Shown piece after piece: positions 60,032-64,000 of a DNA stretch of 64,000 nt (positions are counted from its first letter, which is position 1; each line of letters opens with the position of its first letter). The notes below the pieces were generated by a model, which ran no database searches, was not told the origin of the DNA, and worked only from the letters and a program-made list of their open reading frames with translations. Source of the DNA: Candidatus Sericytochromatia bacterium (GTDB taxonomy: Bacteria; Cyanobacteriota; Sericytochromatia; S15B-MN24; UBA4093); contig JAKFBU010000038.1 in the NCBI GenBank assembly GCA_036676985.1, positions 1 through 64,000 on the forward strand, written 5' to 3'. A program made the translations under genes and the position numbers.

Positions 60032-60522
60032 CGCCGCACCTCCAACGCCCCCGCCATCGCGGCCTCCGCCGCTTCCACCCGCTCAGCGGGCGCCGTCACC
60101 GTCACCCCGATCTTCCCGGCGGCGATCCGGTCGTCGTACGGCACCTTGCCCCGCGACTGCCGGCCGATGTGATACAGCGCCAGGAAGAAGGCGGTCCAGA
60201 TGGCCCCCAACATCGTCATCTCGTACATGATGACCCCCGACGTCGGCATGGACACGATGGCCTTGCCGCCTGTCGGCAGCGGGTAGAGCCACGCCGTCCC
60301 GGCCGCCAGCAGGAAGCCCGCGAGCGTCCCCACCGCCCCCATGACCACCGACGCGCGGACCTGGTCGTGGGTCCGGGTGTGGGGCAACCCCAGGGCGTCC
60401 GGTGGCAGGGGAATCGACGACAGCACGGCGATCTCGCGCGCCGCGAAGCGCGCCGCCTTGAGGGCATCGACGGCGCGCACCGCCGCGTCGAGGTCGCCAA
60501 AGAGCCCCAGCACGCTAGCCAT
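60022..60522 (-). CDS. actD: Alternative complex III subunit D (DUF3341)
   Basis: YPLPTGGK..., YEMTML, two TMs; follows the NrfD gene. Confidence 0.8.
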   Translation of the reverse strand: MASVLGLFGDLDAAVRAVDALKAARFAAREIAVLSSIPLPPDALGLPHTRTHDQVRASVVMGAVGTLAGFLLAAGTAWLYPLPTGGKAIVSMPTSGVIMYEMTMLGAIWTAFFLALYHIGRQSRGKVPYDDRIAAGKIGVTVTAPAERVEAAEAAMAGALEVRRWD

Positions 60523-61915
60523 GGCCGCCCTCCTGGCCCGTCTCCGGCAGGGCCACCGCCGTATAGGACCCCTTGCCCACCTGCTTGGTCGTCGCGTACA
60601 GCCGCTCCTCGCGCACCTCCCAGATGGCGATGACCGGGATGAGCTTGGAGAAGACGGTGTAGAGCAGCGCGAAGCCCGCGAAGGCCGCGCAGAAGATCGT
60701 CCACTCGACCCAGGTCGGCCAGTAGCTCCCCCACACGTAGGGGAAGCGCTTGAAAGACAGTGGCGGCACCACGATGAGCATGCGCTCGATGTACATGCCC
60801 ACGTTGATGAGCAGCGTGAGCACGACCATCGCCGGAATGCTCTGCCGGAAGCGCCGGAACGAGAGGCACAGGGGCGGCAGGATGGCGTTGCAGACGAGCA
60901 TGACCCAGCTCATGATCGAGAACCGGCCGAACAGGTACTCCATCCAGGCATGCCGCTCTTCGGGAAAGCGGCCGTACCAGCCCGTCAGGAAGTCGGCCCA
61001 CCACAGGTAGAACCAGATGAGTGAGATGGTGAGCAGGATCTTGCCCATCTTGTCGAAGTGCTCGGGGCGAAGGTAGGTCTCGAGCTTGTAGACCCAGCGC
61101 AGGGTGGCCATGACCGTGATGACGAGCGCCAGCCCCGAGTAGATGGCGCCCGCCACGAAGTAGGGCCCGAAGACCGTCGTGTGCCAGAGCGGGGGGGCGA
61201 TCGCCATGGCGAAGTCCCACGACACGATGGTGTGGACCGAGACCGCCACGGGCAGGATGGTCACGGCGAGGATGGCGAGCGCGCGCTCCAGGCGCTCCCA
61301 CTGCACGTTGCTGCCCCGCCAGCCGAAGCTGAGGAGCCCGTAGATGCGGCGCTTGAGGCCCGCACTCCGGTCGCGCACGGTGGCGAGGTCCGGGATGAGG
61401 GGCAGGTAGAAGTACATGGTGCTGCCCGTCAGGTAGGTCGTGATGGCGATGAAGTCCCAGAGCAGGGGAGAGCGGAAGTTGGGCCAGATCATCCGCTCGC
61501 TGGGATAGGGCAGGAGCCAGTAGAAGAGCCAGGAGCGCCCCAGGTGGATGATGGGGAAGAGGCCCGCCACCATGATGGTGAAGAGGGTCATGGCCTCCGC
61601 CGCCCGGACCACGGGCCGCCGCCACTCGGCCCTGGTCAGCCGGAGGATGGCCGAGATGAGCGTGCCCGAGTGCGACAGGCCAATCCAGAACACGAAGTTC
61701 GCGATGAGCATGCCCCACATGTTCGGTCGGCTGAGGCCCGTGACCCCCATGCCCGTGCGCGCCATGTACAGGTAGGCCCCGGCGCCCGCCAGGATGATGA
61801 GTGACAGCACGGCTACCAGGAGCCAGAACCTCCAGGTCGTCCGGGCCATGGGCCGGAGGATGTCGTCGACGATCTGCTCGTCGGACGGTAGGGGATGGCG
61901 GTGGGGGGCGGCCAT
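60515..61915 (-). CDS. actC: NrfD/PsrC-family subunit ActC
   Basis: NFVFWIGLSHSGTLISAIL, RAAEAMT, NFRSPLLWD, VHTIVSWDFA, GAIYSG. Confidence 0.92.
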   Translation of the reverse strand: MAAPHRHPLPSDEQIVDDILRPMARTTWRFWLLVAVLSLIILAGAGAYLYMARTGMGVTGLSRPNMWGMLIANFVFWIGLSHSGTLISAILRLTRAEWRRPVVRAAEAMTLFTIMVAGLFPIIHLGRSWLFYWLLPYPSERMIWPNFRSPLLWDFIAITTYLTGSTMYFYLPLIPDLATVRDRSAGLKRRIYGLLSFGWRGSNVQWERLERALAILAVTILPVAVSVHTIVSWDFAMAIAPPLWHTTVFGPYFVAGAIYSGLALVITVMATLRWVYKLETYLRPEHFDKMGKILLTISLIWFYLWWADFLTGWYGRFPEERHAWMEYLFGRFSIMSWVMLVCNAILPPLCLSFRRFRQSIPAMVVLTLLINVGMYIERMLIVVPPLSFKRFPYVWGSYWPTWVEWTIFCAAFAGFALLYTVFSKLIPVIAIWEVREERLYATTKQVGKGSYTAVALPETGQEGGHG

Positions 61916-61917
61916 GG

Positions 61918-62664
61918 CTACTCCCTCTGCCGCTTGAGGTAGATGACCACAGGGTCGGTCCCGAGCTCGCCGAGCAGCTGGAAGCGCCGCTCGTCGCCCG
62001 CGAGCTTGCTGACCCGGCTCTCGGGATCGGCGAGGTCGCCGAAGACCAGGGCGTCGGTCGGGCACGACTGGGCGCAGGCCGGCACGATCTCGCCGTCCCG
62101 GACGTCGCGACCCTCGTTGGCGGCCGTTTGCTTGCCCGTGTTGATGCGCTGGATGCAGAAGGTGCACTTCTCCATGACCCCGCGGCTGCGGACCGTGACG
62201 TCCGGGTTGAGGTGGTTGTGCAGTGGCTCGGGCCAGACCGGGTCGAACCAGTTGAAGAAGCGGACGTCGTACGGGCAGTTGTTGGCGCAGTAGCGGGTGC
62301 CGACGCAGCGGTTGTAGATCTGGGTGTTGAGGCCTTCGGGGTTGTGGTAGGTCGCAAACACCGGGCACACGGGCTCGCAGGGGGCATGGGTGCAGTGCTG
62401 GCAGAGCACGGGCAGGAAGCGCGCCTGGACGTCCGGGTACTCTCCGTCCCAGTAGCGCTCGACGCGGATCCAGCTGATGGACCGGCCGCGGCCGCACTCG
62501 TCTTCGCCGACCACCGGGATGTTGTTCTCGGCCTTGCATGCGACGACGCAGGCCTCGCAGCCGTTGCACCTGTCCAGGTCCACGACCATGCCCCAGCGAT
62601 GCAGGCCGGTCTCGGGGGCGGTCGGGAGGGGCATCCGGTCTTGCTTATCGGCTGGTTCCGCCAT
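61918..62664 (-). CDS. 4Fe-4S dicluster subunit (ActB2-like)
   Basis: CNGCEACVVAC, CQHCTHAPCEPVCP, CVGTRYCANNCPY, MEKCTFC. Confidence 0.93.
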   Translation of the reverse strand: MAEPADKQDRMPLPTAPETGLHRWGMVVDLDRCNGCEACVVACKAENNIPVVGEDECGRGRSISWIRVERYWDGEYPDVQARFLPVLCQHCTHAPCEPVCPVFATYHNPEGLNTQIYNRCVGTRYCANNCPYDVRFFNWFDPVWPEPLHNHLNPDVTVRSRGVMEKCTFCIQRINTGKQTAANEGRDVRDGEIVPACAQSCPTDALVFGDLADPESRVSKLAGDERRFQLLGELGTDPVVIYLKRQRE

Positions 62665-64000
62665 GGGGACCTCCTGCGCGATCGTCCCAGGGCCATTGCT
62701 TGGAGACGAGATCTTCGAGGGAGACGTAGTTCGGGGAGTCGTGGTGCTCAGGGGGCCATGGTCGCCGCTCGACCTTGGTGAAGGACGGGGCGTCCGGCGT
62801 CCGTTCGAGGCTCACGCGAGTGGCGGCCCAGGCGAGTCCCCCTGACCCCGGAACCGTGGTCGGGGCCACCACGTCCATGGGGTTGCTGCCCCGGCCGGCC
62901 GCGTAGCGCCCGTAGGCCCGGTGGCCCTGGCCCATGGGCATGGCGACGACGGTGGGATGGAGCCCGGGATAGAGGTGGACGCGCGCCTCGAGGGTGCCGT
63001 GGGGCGATCGCACCTGGACGGCGTCGCCCTCGGCCACTCCGAGCCTTAGGGCGGTGGCGGGGTTGAGCTCCACCCAGCTGCTCCAGACGCCCGCGGTCAT
63101 GGGGTCCGGCAGCTCCTGCTGCCAGGGCAGGTTGGCCGCGCGCCCGTCATGCAGGGAAGGAGAGACGTAAGGGTAGAAGGCGAAGGGAAACTCCTGCGGG
63201 CTGCCGGTGAAGGTGGGCGCAGGAACGGCCGGAACGCTCGTCTTGCCCCGTAGCGCGCCGGGGCCTGCCGCCTTGCCGCTCCAGAGTCCGGCCTGTCGTA
63301 CGTCGGACCAGAGCGCGGGCTGTTGCGGTGCGACCGAGGCCCAGGTGGATCGGACCAGGTCCACGTACGAGGCCCAGGGCATGGCGGCTGCGAGCGAACC
63401 ACCGAGGGCCTTGCCGAGCGAGATCAGCACGTCCGGGGTAGGCCTGGTGTCGAAGACCGGGGAGACCACGGGCTGCCGGCTCGTGAGCACGGGGACGCCC
63501 GGGCTGGGCTCGCCGGCAACCAGTCCCCAGCTCTCGAGGTAGGTGTGGTCGGGCAGGATGAGGTCGGCGTGGGCCGTCGTGTCATCGACGAAGCTGCCGA
63601 AGCTCACGATGAAGGGGACGTTGGCCAGGGCCTCGCGAAAGCCCATGCGCTTGGGCAGCAGGTAGGCCGGGTCCGCCTGGTGGACGAGCAGGACCTGCAC
63701 CCGGCCCGCGCGCATGCGCGCGATGAGGGCCGTCCACTCGCTGAAGGCGCCCGGGGCGAAGGCGTTGAGCTGGCGCACGGGAGCGGGTGGCGAGGCGAGC
63801 AGGCCGCCCGGGACGCCCACGCTGCCGACCAGCATGTTGAGGGCATGGACCGCCGATGCCGTCTGGACGCCGTTGGTGTGCGCGAGGGCGGGCCCGCCCG
63901 CGATGGCGAGTGCCGGGCGACTGGTCGCGAAGTCGCGTGCCAGCTCGCGGATGGTCCGGGCGGAAACCTCCAGGGTCGCGGCCACCTGTTCGGGGGCATA
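62645..64000 (-). CDS. Molybdopterin-oxidoreductase-like subunit (ActB1-like), 5' end outside window
   Basis: ADLILPDHTYLESWG, ANLPWQQELPDP, GQGH..YGRYA. Confidence 0.88.
   Translation of the reverse strand, partial: YAPEQVAATLEVSARTIRELARDFATSRPALAIAGGPALAHTNGVQTASAVHALNMLVGSVGVPGGLLASPPAPVRQLNAFAPGAFSEWTALIARMRAGRVQVLLVHQADPAYLLPKRMGFREALANVPFIVSFGSFVDDTTAHADLILPDHTYLESWGLVAGEPSPGVPVLTSRQPVVSPVFDTRPTPDVLISLGKALGGSLAAAMPWASYVDLVRSTWASVAPQQPALWSDVRQAGLWSGKAAGPGALRGKTSVPAVPAPTFTGSPQEFPFAFYPYVSPSLHDGRAANLPWQQELPDPMTAGVWSSWVELNPATALRLGVAEGDAVQVRSPHGTLEARVHLYPGLHPTVVAMPMGQGHRAYGRYAAGRGSNPMDVVAPTTVPGSGGLAWAATRVSLERTPDAPSFTKVERRPWPPEHHDSPNYVSLEDLVSKQWPWDDRAGGPHGGTSR

Overview
High-GC bacterial chromosome segment. 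The EF-Tu and Prs N-termini look cyanobacterial, there are no photosynthesis genes in the window, and an alternative complex III (ACIII) operon is present, so a non-photosynthetic Cyanobacteria relative such as Ca. Sericytochromatia is my inferred source. Housekeeping content: tuf (partial), three tRNAs, rsmB-rlmN-rsgA, glmU-prs-pth, trmL, gcvT-H-PA-PB, a lipoate ligase, trmH and act genes. These are interspersed with signalling genes (response regulators, PAS kinase, diguanylate cyclase, HD-GYP, adenylate cyclase, PP2C/RsbV/RsbW) and many secreted lipoproteins (three S8 peptidases, GH1, NHL). The best candidate for a new system is a RiPP-like (ribosomally synthesised, modified peptide) locus at about 49.2-53.3 kb. 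It encodes a 73-aa NHLP/Nif11-clan-like precursor ending GGSC, an attenuator hairpin, a radical SAM enzyme with a reduced SPASM domain and an MfnF-like enzyme. Divergently it encodes an M50 protease fused to a tandem MshEN c-di-GMP-binding motif and an RRE-like domain. Other notable patterns: a TTAA-N7-TTAA motif upstream of secreted-protein genes, repeated leaderless-type TANNNT-N6-ATG starts, and REP-like elements, one in frame inside actE. All calls come from motif reading only; no database searches were run.
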